This document shows, piece after piece, positions 1 through 17,703 of a stretch of DNA of 56,477 bases; within the stretch, counting starts at the first letter, position 1, and each line of letters begins with the position of its first letter. The stretch is from contig CAXHJY010001425.1 of NCBI GenBank assembly GCA_964016885.1, positions 1-56,477 on the forward strand, in the 5' to 3' direction. The notes beneath the pieces are model-generated. The model saw only the letters and a program-made list of their open reading frames with translations. It had not been told where the DNA came from and did not search any database. The position numbers were made by a program, and so were the translations under genes. This DNA comes from Eledone cirrhosa. Lineage: Eukaryota.

Positions 1-1213
1 ATAATTGGATGTACAACTCTTTTGAAGCATGTGTAAGAAAATAAATATGGGTTTTTAAATGATAGCAGTTGATTTTCCCATCGATATACTTCTTTATATT
101 TGCTCTATGTTTATGCCTCCGAATCTTTTTCACTTCTTTCTCTTCAAACCTATATATTATATAAACGCATTGAGCTAATCCTAAACCGACGTGGCAATTA
201 CATGATATCATATATAATTCTCTACTTTCCTTCGAGCATTGTATATATATAGTTCTAACTTTTATATATATATATATAACGTATATAACGACGTGTAAAT
301 ACATTCTCAAGTAACAAAGGCATGAACAAGACATACGTAGAAATAAATGCACACATGCAGAATGAGCGCACACACATCTACATACATACGAACACACACA
401 TGTGTTTATATGTATATATATATATTAGTTCTTAATACATCCTTAAGATCCACACGTAACCACTTCACTCTCCACACTTTCATCACACATCAGCTGTAGA
501 CGCAACTACTAGTGATCTGTGACTATCGAACTTCAATTTTCTAACACACGTCAACACTTATCTCGTCCCCCAGCAATCAGTGTCACCACTGCCTCCATGG
601 TAAACTAACACAAATACCGAGTATTACAACCAACCATTTTCAAAGATAACACCCATCCACTACTACATACTGATTTTCAGAGATTCCTAGTTATGTGAAC
701 CTCTACACTGCTACTGCAAGCTCCTTTAGCAGACACACTGAAGATCTACTTCCTTCTTAACTGCTTCCGTCTCCTTCCTATATTTTCAACGCGCATGTCA
801 CTATCTTCTTCGTCTTACATATGACCCTAGGTAAACTTAAATACCGCAGATGTATCATTCCAATAGAAGTCATATATATATGTGTGGGGGGGGGGGATAA
901 CATCAATCATCATGTTACGATGAGATACCATGCTAAAATTTAGATTTAGGTTTAATGGTTCCTTGATCTTAATTGGATCTTTTAAATGCTTGTGGTTATG
1001 TATATGAGTGAGCTTGTGTTTATATGGGCAATTTTAGTTCATCGTCTATACAATTACAGTTATAAGCTTAACAATCCCTCTTTGTACTAATTCCTGCCTC
1101 TATATAGACACAACATGCCACGACAAATGTGATATCTGCATAATAGCGGTTTGCGGTATATAGATATACACACACTTATCCCCCACCCACACGCACACAC
1201 ATACATATATATA

Positions 1214-1305
<92 letters not shown>

Positions 1306-1355
1306 CATATATATATATATACATATGCAGCGAGAGGGGGAAGAAGGAGAGTAAA

Positions 1356-1389
<34 letters not shown>

Positions 1390-1394
<5 letters not shown>

Positions 1395-1829
1395 AGAAGC
1401 TAAAAATTGCTTATTGTGATTCAGTTCTTGATTAAGAAAGTCAGTTTCATGGATGGTTTCAACGTACGGTTAGGGGTAACTCCACAAGTTTGTAAGAATT
1501 CCGTTCAATCTTGGAGTATAAAGTATAGAAGAGAAAACACAGGTAAGCATTAAGAGAAGGATTTTATCCAGGTATTTACGACCGTTTCATTGGTAAGTGC
1601 AACTTTATATTGCTATACTGCAAATAGCAGCCACTCAATTATAATTGTTGTTGACAGTCCACATTTTCACAGTCCACTATTTTGAAAAATTGGACTGTGA
1701 ACAACAATTATAATTGAGTGGCTGCTATTTGCAGTATAGCAATATAAGGTTGCACTTACCAATGAAACGGTCGTAAATACCTGGATAAAATCCTTCTCTT
1801 AATGCTTACCTGTGTTTTCTCTTTTACAC

Positions 1830-1830
<1 letters not shown>
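1390..1830. mobile_element. Asymmetric fold-back element (arms ~1522-1669 and ~1683-1830, ~130-bp unpaired tail on the left); probable PLE pseudo-LTR remnant
   Basis: Near-perfect inverted repeat between TA tracts. Each arm has an HHR 3' half, GAAACGGTCGTA-AATACC; no 5' core found. The inverted repeat is certain, the PLE assignment is inferred. Confidence 0.65.
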
Positions 1831-3731
<1,901 letters not shown>

Positions 3732-3732
<1 letters not shown>

Positions 3733-5171
3733 AAATTTCAGGTTATCAATAATGTAGTGATAATATATCGTTACGTTAGAGATGAACAGCGTACGTGCAG
3801 GTTTGCTCAACGAGTATAAATTATATTCCGGAGAAATGTAGAAAGGATGAATATAAAATGAAAGTGCTTTTGTTAAAAAAGGAATTTATTAGGTATTGAC
3901 ATATGTTTCTGTAACAGACCGAATACCTATGTATCGCTGCTTGCGTAATCATATAATGTTAGCAAGTATTCGATAGCAAATGTATAATCAGTTGTCACTT
4001 CGTCAGAGATTTTGGATAAACTGGATAAAATCAGAAAAATTGAAGTATTTATATTAGTAAAAGAGGAAGGAACAGAGGGGATAGAATATGACAGATGGTA
4101 AATAATTTACTGCTAAACAAGTATATAATGGGTTTTTAATGAGAATACCATGAGTAAATCTAAATAAGAATTTTGGGAGTGCCAATTTTAATCTCTACTT
4201 GACCAACTGGACAGTGGACAGGGCTGGTCATTTGGTGCAGTAGTGTTAATTATAAAGTGTCAATTGGGGAAGGGGGAGATTTCGATTGGTACTAAATAAG
4301 ATCAATGCTAGTAGCCAGCTGGTATATGCATTAGGGAATTGAATCAAGAAATCAGAAATCTCATTTTATCTATAGCAGTTTGTATTAAAAGGTAAATAAT
4401 AGAAGAGTTGATAGAATTAAGACTAATAAAGAATGTTCATATCTATTTTGACAATCAAACGGGGATAAAGACAGGCGTTCAATCCTGGTAGTATTTATAA
4501 TATGAAAATTATAAATACTACCAGGATTGAACGCCTGTCTCTATCCCCGTTTGATTGTCAAAATAGATATGAACATTCTTTATTAGTCTTAATTCTATCA
4601 ACTCTTCTATTATTTACCTTTTATTACAAACTGCTATAGATAAAATGAGATTTCTGATTTCTTGATTCAATTCCCTAATGCATATACCAGCTGGCTACTA
4701 GCATTAATGTTATTTAGTAGCAATCGAAATCCCCCCCTTCCCCAATTGACACTTTATAATTAACACTACTGCACCAAATGACCAGCCCTGTCCACTGTCC
4801 AGTTGGTCAAGTAGAGATTAAAATTGGCACTCCCAAAATTCTTATTTAGATTTACTCATGGTATTCTCATTAAAAACCCATTATATACTTGTTTAGCAGT
4901 AAATTATTTTACCATCTGTCATATTCTATCCCCTCTGTTCCTTCCTCTTTTACTAATATAAATACTTCAATTTTTCTAATTTTATCCAGTTTATCCAAAA
5001 TCTCTGAAGAAGTGACAACTGATTATACATTTGCTATCGAATACTTGCTAACATTATATGATTACGCAAGCAGCGATACATAGGTATTCGGTCTGTTACA
5101 GAAACATATGTCAATGCCCAATAAATTCCTTTTTTAACAAAAGCACTTTCATTTTATATTCATCTTTTCTA
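3732..5171. mobile_element. Large fold-back element (arms 3839-4501 and 4508-5171, 6-nt loop, ~105-bp tail on the left); probable PLE pseudo-LTR
   Basis: ~660-bp arms with few mismatches. CTGA(A/C)GA-A-GTGACA...TGTTAC-A-GAAAC-ATAT-GTC then AATAAA (5004-5125 on +, mirrored on -). Confidence 0.75.
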
Positions 5172-7140
5172 TATATATATATATATGTTATATATATATA
5201 TATACGTTATATATATATATATGCGTTATATATATATATATACGTTATATATATATATATACGTTATATATATATATATACGTTATATATATATATATAC
5301 GTTATATATATATATATACGTTATATATATATATATATACGTTATATATATATATATACGTTATATATATATATATACGTTATATATATATATATATACG
5401 TTATATATATATATATACGTTATATATATATATATATGTTATATATATATATATATATGTTATATATATATATATACATGTTATATATATATATATACGT
5501 TATATATATATATATATGTTATATATATATATATATGTTATATATATATATATACGTTATATATTTATATATATGTTATATATATATATATACGTTATAT
5601 ATATATATATACGTTATATATATATATATATACGTTATATATATATATATATTATATATATATATATATACGTTATATATATATATATACGTTATATATA
5701 TATATATATTATATATATATATATATACGTTATATATATATATATACGTTATATATATATATATATAATATATATATATATATGTTATATATATATAATA
5801 TATATATATATGTTATATATATATATATATATAATATATATATATATATGTTATATATATATATATATAATATATATATATATATGTTATATATATATAA
5901 TATATATATATATGTTATATATATATATATATATAATATATATATATATATATGTTATATATATATATATAATATATATATATATGTTATATATATATAT
6001 ATAATATATATATATATATGTTATATATATATATATAATATATATATATATATATGTTATATATATATATATAATATATATATATATATATGTTATATAT
6101 ATATATATAATATATATATATATATATGTTATATATATATATATAATATATATATATATATATGTTATATATATATATATAATATATATATATATATGTT
6201 ATATATATATATATAATATATATATATATATATGTTATATATATATATATAATATATATATATATATATGTTATATATATATATATAATATATATATATA
6301 TATATGTTATATATATATATATAATATATATATATATATATGTTATATATATATATATAATATATATATATATATGTTATATATATATATATAATATATA
6401 TATATATATGTTATATACATATATATAATATATATATATATATGTTATATATATATATATAATATATATATATATATATGTTATATATATATATAATATA
6501 TATATATATATGTTATATATATATATATAATATATATATATATATATGTTATATATATATATATAATATATATATATATATGTTATATATATATATATAA
6601 TATATATATATATATATGTTATATATATATATATAATATATATATATATATGTTATATATATATATATAATATATATATATATATGTTATATATATATAT
6701 ATAATATATATATATATATGTTATATATATATATATATGTTATATATATATATATAATATATATATATATATGTTATATATATAATATATATATATATAT
6801 AATATATATATATATATATAATATATATATATATAATATATATATATATATATGTTATATATATATATATAATATATATATATATATATGTTATATATAT
6901 ATATATAATATATATATATATATATGTTATATATATATATATAATATATATATATATATGTTATATATATAATATATATATATATATAATATATATATAT
7001 ATATATGTTATATATATATATAATATATATATATATATGTTATATATATAATATATATATATATATAATATATATATATATATATGTTATATATATATAT
7101 ATAATATATATATATATATGTTATATATATAATATATATA

Positions 7141-7812
7141 TATATGTGAATATAGACATAGAATATTCGAAAATATTCTGTATGTTTATAATAAACATTT
7201 TGAAGACCTAATCGCTATAGAATAGAATACGTCACGTATTAAAATTAGATTCTCGATAAAAGCAAGGGAAGTAATCTACGCGTTTCATTCTCGTTAGAAA
7301 TCATCAGGACTACATATCCAGTGCTTTTATCGAGAATGACACAGCTAGAGACTTATAGAATACTTAGCTGTGTACAGGAACTGGTTTGAAAGAGCGGTTG
7401 CCGGTCCGGCAGAAATTAGAAATTGGAATAAATGCTCTGAAATAGCGATATATATGTGAATATAGACATAGAATATTCGAAAATATTCTGTATGTTTATA
7501 ATAAACATTTTGAAGACCTAATCGCTATAGAATAGAATACGTCACGTATTAAAATTAGATTCTCGATAAAAGCAAGGGAAGTAATCTACGCGTTTCATTC
7601 TCGTTAGAAATCATCAGGACTACATATCCAGTGCTTTTATCGAGAATGACACAGCTAGAGACTTATAGAATACTTAGCTGTGTACAGGAACTGGTTTGAA
7701 AGAGCGGTTGCCGGTCCGGCAGAAATTAGAAATTGGAATAAATGCTCTGAAATAGCGATATATATGTGAATATAGACATAGAATATTCGAAAATATTCTG
7801 TATGTTTATAAT
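7141..7812 (-). repeat. ~2.2 tandem copies of the same 310-bp hammerhead-containing unit inside a TA microsatellite
   Basis: TATATGTGAATATAGAC at 7141, 7451 and 7761. Matches the 49-53 kb unit apart from about 3 substitutions. Confidence 0.97.
7271..7313 (-). ncRNA. Minimal type I hammerhead ribozyme (second copy at 7581-7623)
   Basis: Minus strand reads GUAGUC CUGAUGA UUUCUAACGAGAAU GAAACGCGUA GAUUAC; stem II is UUCU/AGAA with an AACG loop. Confidence 0.9.
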
Positions 7813-7884
7813 ATATATGTTATATATATATATATGTTATATATATATATAATATATATATATATAATATATATATATATATGT

Positions 7885-7919
<35 letters not shown>

Positions 7920-8444
7920 TATATATATATGTTATATATATATATAATATATATATATATATATGTTATATATATATATATGTTATATATATATATATAT
8001 GTTATATATATATATATATATAATATATATAATATATATATATATATAATATATATATATATATAATATATATATATATATGTTATATATATATATATAT
8101 AATATATATATATATATAATATATATATATATATAATATATATATATATATGTTATATATATATATATAATATATAGATATATATGTTATATATATATAT
8201 ATATATAATATATATATATATGTTATATATATATATATGTTATATATATATATATATATATAATATATATATATATATATGTTATATATATATATATATA
8301 TAATATATATATATATATATGTTATATATATATATATATATAATATATATATATATAATATATATGTTATATATATATATGTTATATATATATATGTTAT
8401 ATATATATATATATAATATATATATATATAATATATATATATGT

Positions 8445-8477
<33 letters not shown>

Positions 8478-8623
8478 TATATATATGTTATATATATATA
8501 TATAATATATATGTTATATATATATATATAATATATATATATATATGTTATATATATATATATATGTTATATATATATATATAATATATATATATATATG
8601 TTATATATATATATAATATATAT

Positions 8624-8672
<49 letters not shown>

Positions 8673-8685
8673 TATATATATATGT

Positions 8686-8731
<46 letters not shown>

Positions 8732-8944
8732 GTTATATATATATATATAATATATATATATATATGTTATATATATAATATATATATATATATAATATAT
8801 ATATATATATATGTTATATATATATATATAATATATATATATATATGTTATATATATAATATATATATATATATAATATATATATATATATGTTATATAT
8901 ATATATAATATATATATATATATATAATATATATATATATATGT

Positions 8945-8975
<31 letters not shown>

Positions 8976-9043
8976 TATATATATATGTTATATATATATA
9001 TATGTTATATATATATATATATATAATATATATATATATATGT

Positions 9044-9074
<31 letters not shown>

Positions 9075-9103
9075 TATATATATATGTTATATATATATAT
9101 ATG

Positions 9104-9140
<37 letters not shown>

Positions 9141-9197
9141 ATATATATATATATATGTTATATATATATATGTTATATATATATATATATGTTATAT

Positions 9198-9231
<34 letters not shown>

Positions 9232-9800
9232 ACATATATATATATAACATATATATATATATATAACATATATATATATATATGTTATATATATATATAT
9301 GTTATATATATATATATAATAGATATATATATATGTTATATATATATATATATATAATATATATATATATGTTATATATATATATATGTTATATATATAT
9401 ATATATATATAATATATATATATATATATGTTATATATATATATATATATAATATATATATATATATGTTATATATATATATATATATAATATATATATA
9501 TATAATATATATATATATATATGTTATATATATATATGTTATATATATATATATATAATATATATATATATAATATATATATATATATGTTATATATATA
9601 TATGTTATATATATATATATATAATATATATATATATAATATATATATATATATGTTATATATATATATGTTATATATATATATATATAATATATATATA
9701 TATAATATATATATATATAATATATATATATATATGTTATATATATATATGTTATATATATATATATATAATATATATATATATAATATATATATATATG

Positions 9801-9838
<38 letters not shown>

Positions 9839-10011
9839 TATATATATGTTATATATATATATAATATATATATATATATGTTATATATATATATATATAA
9901 TATATATATATATAATATATATATATATAATATATATATATATATGTTATATATATATATGTTATATATATATATATATAATATATATATATATAATATA
10001 TATATATATGT

Positions 10012-10046
<35 letters not shown>

Positions 10047-10205
10047 TATATATATGTTATATATATATATATAATATATATATATATATGTTATATATAT
10101 ATATATATAATATATATATATATAATATATATATATATATGTTATATATATATATGTTATATATATATATATATAATATATATATATATAATATATATAT
10201 ATATG

Positions 10206-10243
<38 letters not shown>

Positions 10244-10509
10244 TATATATATGTTATATATATATATATATAATATATATATATATAATATATATATATA
10301 TATGCTATATATATATATGTTATATATATATATATATATAATATATATATATATAATATATATATATATGTTATATATATATATATAATATATATATATA
10401 TATGTTATATATATATATATATAATATATATATATATATGTTATATATATATATATATATATAATATATATATATATATGTTATATATATATATATATAT
10501 ATATATATG

Positions 10510-10547
<38 letters not shown>

Positions 10548-10711
10548 TATATATATGTTATATATATATATATATATAATATATATATATATATGTTATA
10601 TATATATATATATATAATATATATATATATATGTTATATATATATATATATATAATATATATATATATATGTTATATATATATATATATATATAATATAT
10701 ATATATATATG

Positions 10712-10751
<40 letters not shown>

Positions 10752-10846
10752 TATATATAATATATATATATATAATATATATATATATATGTTATATATA
10801 TATATATAATATATATATATATAATATATATATATATATGTTATAT

Positions 10847-10917
<71 letters not shown>

Positions 10918-11033
10918 ATAATATATATATATATGTTATATATATATATATAATATATATATATATAATATATATATATATATGTTATATATATATATAT
11001 AATATATATATATATAATATATATATATATATG

Positions 11034-11085
<52 letters not shown>

Positions 11086-11210
11086 TATATATAATATATA
11101 TATATATAATATATATATATATAATATATATATATATAATATATATATATATATGTTATATATATATATATAATATATATATATATAATATATATATATA
11201 TATGTTATAT

Positions 11211-11255
<45 letters not shown>

Positions 11256-11271
11256 TATATATATGTTATAT

Positions 11272-11302
<31 letters not shown>

Positions 11303-11437
11303 GTTATATATATATATATATAATATATATATATATATGTTATATATATATATATAATATATATATATATATGTTATATATATATATAATATATATATAT
11401 ATATGTTATATATATATATTATATATATATATATATG

Positions 11438-11470
<33 letters not shown>

Positions 11471-11965
11471 ATATATATATATATATAATATATATATATA
11501 TATGTTATATATATAATATATATATGTTATATATATATATATATATGTTATATATATATATATATATGTTATATATATATATATATATGTATGTTATATA
11601 TATATATATATATGTTATATATATAATATATATATGTTATATATATATATATATGTTATATATATATATATATATATGTTATATATATATATATATATAT
11701 ATATGTTATATATATATATATATATGTTATATATATATATATATATATATATAACATATATATATAACATATATATATATATATATATAACATATATATA
11801 TATATATAACATATATATATATATATAACATATATATATATATATATATATACATATTTTTATGTATACCTACATAAATATATATATATATAACATATAT
11901 ATATAATATATATGTATATACATATATATATATGTGTATGTGCGTGTGTATGCATATATATATTT

Positions 11966-12032
11966 GTTTCTACTTTTAGCAAAAGGCCAGCAAATACCCA
12001 TTGCATTACTGGTACTTTATTTTATCGACCCC
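11966..12032 (-). mobile_element. 3' fragment of a tRNA-derived SINE
   Basis: AAGGCCAGCAA...ACTGGTACTTTATTTTATCGACCCC, homologous to 26405-26602. Confidence 0.75.
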
Positions 12033-12554
12033 CATATATATTGCATATGGATATGAAGATGGAAATATATATATATGTGTGTGTGTGTGTGTATTCACAT
12101 ACACTTGGGTGATTGTGTTTGTGTTTGGATGTGTGCGCACGTGATTGTATGTATCAGTATGTCTCGATGTGTTCATAGTGATATATATTCGGTAACTTAT
12201 CTCTACTTTGTATTAATTTAATAAAGTATTCACATGCTTCCTTCTTCTCTTGATATTTACTGACGTTTTCCATTAATATAAAACTACCACACCCCACATA
12301 CACTACGACCCAGTCTTATGTCTTTCCACTTCAAGAATTGTTCTCACTTAATTTGATAAGAACTTATTCAAAGCCGCCAAGAAACATCCACACAGACACA
12401 CACACACAAATATATATTTATGTAAATATGCGTATATATATATATATATATACATATATATATGTCCGTACATATGTGTGTGCGTGTATATGTTTATATA
12501 TATATATATATATGTGTGTATGTGTGTATGAGGTGAGTATGTATGAGTATGTGT

Positions 12555-12628
<74 letters not shown>

Positions 12629-13423
12629 ACAGAAATATATAAAACAATATAAAACAAAAGAACGTAGGAATATATTCTTTTATAGAATCGAGTCAATACC
12701 CATCCTGTCCATTTATATGATTGTGGAATTGACTGAAATTTCAACTAAAGAAGATATATAAAAACTGTAATATAAAAAGACGAGAGAAAAAAAAGAATTC
12801 ATCATCATATTGATGCTATGAAAGAAGAAAGAAATAATAATAGATTAACTAATATTTCATTTAATTTGAAGGAAGTCAACAAAATTGTCTGTATTTCATG
12901 CTTTTTTAAGCCTTTCATATGATTTATAAGAATCAAAAGAATCTTTATTGGTTAAGTGAAACATGGAAAATGTCTAGGGAGGGTTACGATTTTATACAAT
13001 GTCTTATTTCAAAGACTTTTCAATTTGCAAACACTAATATTCACAAATGCCTCCTTTGTTTGAAATCTGCTTTTATACAAAGAGAGAAAAGCGGCTATGA
13101 TCAATGAACTTCATACATCTTTATAAGTAACAAAACATTAACAGCTTCTCATACAGACATTCACAGACATTTTATATACATGCATATTTCATATATATAT
13201 ATATATATATACGTCTGTAAACACACACACACATATATATAGCATTATATCACTTTCCACATTATATAATATACACACACAACTAAAAAAAATATATAAA
13301 AATATATATATATATATATATAAAAAAAAATATATAATAAAATATATATATATATAAAAATACTATAAAAAAATATATATACAGCATTATGTCTCATATT
13401 ATATAATACACACACACACACGC

Positions 13424-13470
<47 letters not shown>

Positions 13471-13472
<2 letters not shown>

Positions 13473-14000
13473 CGCGGTTTGTCCCAAAGGTAACGGTGAT
13501 ATTGATTTTCCTATGTATGACATGGTAACGCAGCACATGGTTGATGTATATTGGCGTGTTAGTTATGACATTGGCTGCACGTAAATACGTGGTTCAACAT
13601 GACAGATTTCAGGCGTGTATATAACCTGTTACGTTTGCGATACAAGAAAATATCGAATGGCAATACGTGATCTAATTTTGTGTGAAACTCCAGAAATCTG
13701 CCATCGAAACATTTAATTCTTTAAAACAAGATTATGTAGCTACCACTCTATCTAGAAGTAATGATTTTATGTATACAAAGCTTCCAAAGAGGACCTAGAA
13801 AATGTTGAATATGAACGTATTTCTGATTCTGGAAGGCAAAACTCGTCAACAAATAAACAAAAAGAAGTGATGCGGGTGGTGATGGCGAACAATCACCGAT
13901 TAAACGTTAGGATGATTGCAGGAGAATCACGCTTGGATAAAAATGCGGTTCATAGAATTTTAACAAACCATTTGCACATGCGAAAATGAGTGCAAAAGGC
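13471..14000 (+). mobile_element. Decayed mariner transposon 5' part (TIR-like end and HTH region)
   Basis: Starts TA-CGCGGTTTGTCCC. Degenerate translation FCVKLQKSAIETFNSLKQDY...LSRS...ENVEYER...SGR...RLNVRMIAGESRLDKNAVHRILTNHLHMRK matches a mariner transposase N-terminus; contains stops and frameshifts. Confidence 0.88.
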
Positions 14001-14056
14001 GAATCGGTTATCTGATGATCCTGCGCAGGTGAAACTCCAGAGTATATATATATATA

Positions 14057-16517
14057 CTAGCAGAAGTACCCGGCGTTGCCCGGGTGTAAGTCGATCTTTG
14101 GTCTGTTAGAATGTGTGAAAGTTACTTCCCGCGCATCACAGGTTCAAAACTTCGAACTTCAATGAAAAAAAATAGGTTAGTAGACACAGGTGTGTAATTT
14201 ATTAATTGTAGTTACACAGTGTATCGTTGAAATTGTTCTCTGCACGACTGACGGAAGTCAAAATCGCTTGATATTGAATGTTCAGTTAACTTAAAGCAGG
14301 GTGAAAATGTCGATTACTTTCAGGGTTTTTTTTTTTTTACAATTTTTGCGCTCACATGTGCAGAAGAAGAATTAAAAGGGCCTTTATCTTAACCGCGGCA
14401 TAATGGCGAGTCTTTTGTGACAGTTTTCAAGAATATAGGACGTTCCTGTAAAAAGTTTTCCCATGTGTAACTTTGCCTTGTTTTTTTGGCGCAAAGTCGA
14501 GCCCCGCTTCAGTTTTATTGATTTTTTACATCAATGCGTGATCTCTGAAGTAGATTTAAGTAGCTAAAAACCTGTCCCGGTAAATTTGCTATAGGTGAAA
14601 AAAAGTTGATCAAAATTGTATCTAGGGTTATTGCCCTTTGCCACAGCCTCAAGCCTCGTTCGACGGGATGTTGGTGATTCCTCCGTCAGCGCTTGTTGGC
14701 GACGAAGGCGAACATTAGCAAGCCTTGTCGTACGTGATGTTGGTGACTCAACCAGCCGGGAAAGACGTCTATCAGCGAGTCGAGATTCGCGCTCAGCCGG
14801 TGTTTCCTAGAGAAAATTAATTAATTCTACTGGTTAGCTAAGCCAATGGCAGTGTCAATAGTAAATGAGAAAATTCTAACATGAACAAAAGGGAATCAAG
14901 GTAAGACAATAAATTTAATATAACTACGATTAGAATGTTGTAGTTGCTTGAAAGTGGTGACAGTTAGGATAAACACAGTACTTGCTAACATTAAGGGAGA
15001 ATATTGCATAAAGGATTAATCAATTGTGAATTGAGAACGCCTAATTCGTTGTCTCAAAGCAGTAGCTGTACCTTTTTTGGAGGTAAGTCTTGAACGTTTC
15101 CGTGTGGGCATAACGACGTGTAACGAAGCTGTTAGGTTAGAGAGAGGTGATTAAATACAAAGAGAGATGACACCAGATTCGTTAGCATGGTTACTGGTGA
15201 ATGGTAAGGTTTGGAAATATGATTACAATAACTTACCGAATTCTCCGGTCTATAAATTGCACTTAAAATAATTAAATTTAAATAAAAAACAGCTCTGCGC
15301 TTTATACTCCGGTGAGCCTTATGTATAAATAATACAATGGTTATCAATCACGGCTCTAACAGAAGTAATAGATATAGCATTTTCCTGGTTGGCCTTACAC
15401 GCCGTTGCGCGGACCTGATTTTAAATGATACGCCTTATATCCTGGTGAGCCTTATAGAGCGGAAAATATCTATTGGAAAAGAATACGAATTCATGACCAA
15501 GGTGTGACAAAATAGCGCCTGAAACAAACTTGTCCAAAACTCTAGGATTTTTATCGTTAAGTATCCACCTAAAAGGAACCGTTTTTTAGTTACAAAAAAT
15601 AACCAAAGTGTATAGTAGCTATATTTCTGACATATCATGCCAAAAAGAACAATATATTCAAAAAATGTTCTAAAGTACATTCAATCTCTCTTTTTGACCG
15701 ATATCTTAATAAGCAAGTTATCGATTTGTTATTGGCTGTCAGTGTCTATCTGCATGCAGGTGTGCACGTGTGCGCAATTAATTGCAAATACGCTCATAAC
15801 ATTTAGTCGTAATAGAACAAAAAATTCCATTAGAGGTGGGCTAATAAGGAAGACACAAACCCTGGTGAAATTACGTTTAAACACCCGAAAAGTTACTCAC
15901 TTCCTGTGCAAAAGACTATTATAAATTAAGTAATTTTTTTAGAATCTTTTGTTTAAAAAACGAAAACATTTGTACGGACGTAACAATTTTTACAACTTTG
16001 TATGTGTACAATACAACTTGGTCAATTTCTTTTTTCAAAAAGCATGATTATTTAAGACTGTTTGAAAATTTACTCACAGCTTTTAGCATCACAAAAGACA
16101 CCATTAAATTTGGTTCTCTTTTCAGATAGGGATAATACTGTATTTCCACTTGAATAAGGTGGAATATGAAAAGATAAACTCTTTAATGGTCGGTCGTTTA
16201 CTGAGACAGCTGGGAAGACATGCAGCTGGCCGTCCAATCAATAACGCACGTCCTTATATGGGCATATGAAATTTATTTTTATTGCGCCAGATGTAAACTA
16301 AGAGTTCTTGTGTTCGAATTCACATAAAATTTCATTGGAATCGAAAAGCATTTTGTCATAGGGCCCGATTATCGATTTTTCGAAAATTTCAATTAGCCTA
16401 TTCCACTCTACGCGTTGAGTTTTATATATGTGTGAGGTTTCATGAAAATTGGATGAACGGTGTAGCATGCAAGTTCGGTACACCAAACAATGTCCATCTT
16501 CCCTTTATATATATAGA
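14057..16517 (-). mobile_element. Non-autonomous Helitron
   Basis: On the minus strand the 5' end is TCTATATATATAAAG and the 3' end is the hairpin CCCGGGCAACGCCGGG followed by TACTTCTG-CTAG. Inserted between A and T. Confidence 0.8.
14564..14806 (-). pseudogene. Exon-like remnant with E(T/S)PxxRxxRL repeats, as in Helitron RepHel N-termini
   Basis: TTTTCTCTAG acceptor, then ETPAERESRLADRRLSRLVESPTSRTTRLANVRLRRQQALTEESPTSRRTRLEAV..., open for 80 codons. Confidence 0.6.
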
Positions 16518-16706
16518 TATATATATATACAGAGAGAGTCAGTGAGAAAGAGGAAGAGCGTCAATTAAGCATAGGATCAGTCGATGTATGTGGAAATGCA
16601 GAGTGAGTAAGAGTAAGAGAAATCCCGATCACGGCTCCAAACTGACCAACACCACTTGACAACGAGGTAGGAATTTCTGCTATCTCTTTCGCCTCTCCCT
16701 CTCTCT

Positions 16707-16759
<53 letters not shown>

Positions 16760-16760
<1 letters not shown>

Positions 16761-17353
16761 TACCAGTGGTACCCGGCTTTGCACGGGATAAGGTAATTTA
16801 GAACGCGGGCCGCCAACAGACCTAATCTTGGAAAAACTACATGCCTGGACAATATGTAAAGAAAATAAACCGAATAGTCTGATCGCTGGATAATCTTTAA
16901 GATTTTCCTCGATGAAGCAGGAAAAATGTAAGTTTTCACCTAATGCCGGCCCCAAGGTATCAAGAAAATGAATTTTTTTTATGTGCATAATATGCTTTGA
17001 AATTTCGGGAAAAATCGGCTAGACGTTACGCCTCCAAAAAGCCCTAAAAAGCTGAAAAAATGAAGTTTTTCCCCTAAGGTTTTCCTCTAAAGTTGGATTT
17101 TCTTTGCTCCCGGTATGAAGAAGAGACTGACTAATACATAGTTACAATTTCAAGGAAATCGGTCTGACGTAACGCCTCAAAAAACCCCTAAAATCTTAAA
17201 AAACGCAGTTTTTCACCTAATGCGGGCCCTAGGAGATCAAAATGTTGAATTTATGTGCATAACACTCCCTGAAACATAAGTAATAAACATGTAAAGTTTG
17301 AAAACAAACGGTTGGGTACTTCTCGAGTTTTCGGGATTCAAACTCACAGACAC

Positions 17354-17392
<39 letters not shown>

Positions 17393-17703
17393 TCCTCAGA
17401 GAAGTGACGTAGTGCAGACAGGCAGACATACAGACAGATAGACAGATATTATAAGGGCGCGGCGTTATATATATGTATCTATCTAAAAAGAGAAAGAGTA
17501 AGAATTATAGAGAGATATCACTAAATCGCCTAATGCGGTCTCTAGGGCATTGAAAAATTGAAATCTTTTTTGCTCAGAACACTACTTGAAACATAAGTAT
17601 TACATGTGTAAAGTTTGAAAACAGTCGGTTGGGTGGTTTTCGAGATTTAGGGATTCAAACTCACACACATACAGACAGACATCCTCAGTTTTATATATAT
17701 AGA
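16760..17703 (-). mobile_element. Second non-autonomous Helitron with internal subrepeats
   Basis: Minus 5' end TCTATATATATAAAACTGAGG; 3' hairpin CCCGTGCAAAGCCGGG then TACCACTG-GTAG (CTAG variant). Diverged internal duplicates at ~17215-17400 and ~17527-17690. Confidence 0.72.

Larger units (their letters stand above)
5171..11850. repeat. (TA)n microsatellite interrupted by TGTTA/CGTTA/TAATA; hosts the 310-bp dimer
   Basis: Direct inspection. Confidence 0.98.

Noticed and set aside
3839-5171. Classical MITE interpretation of the fold-backs
   Set aside because: One-sided tails, outward-facing HHR/AATAAA motifs and lack of recognisable transposase-family TIR ends favour a PLE origin, though a MITE is not formally excluded.
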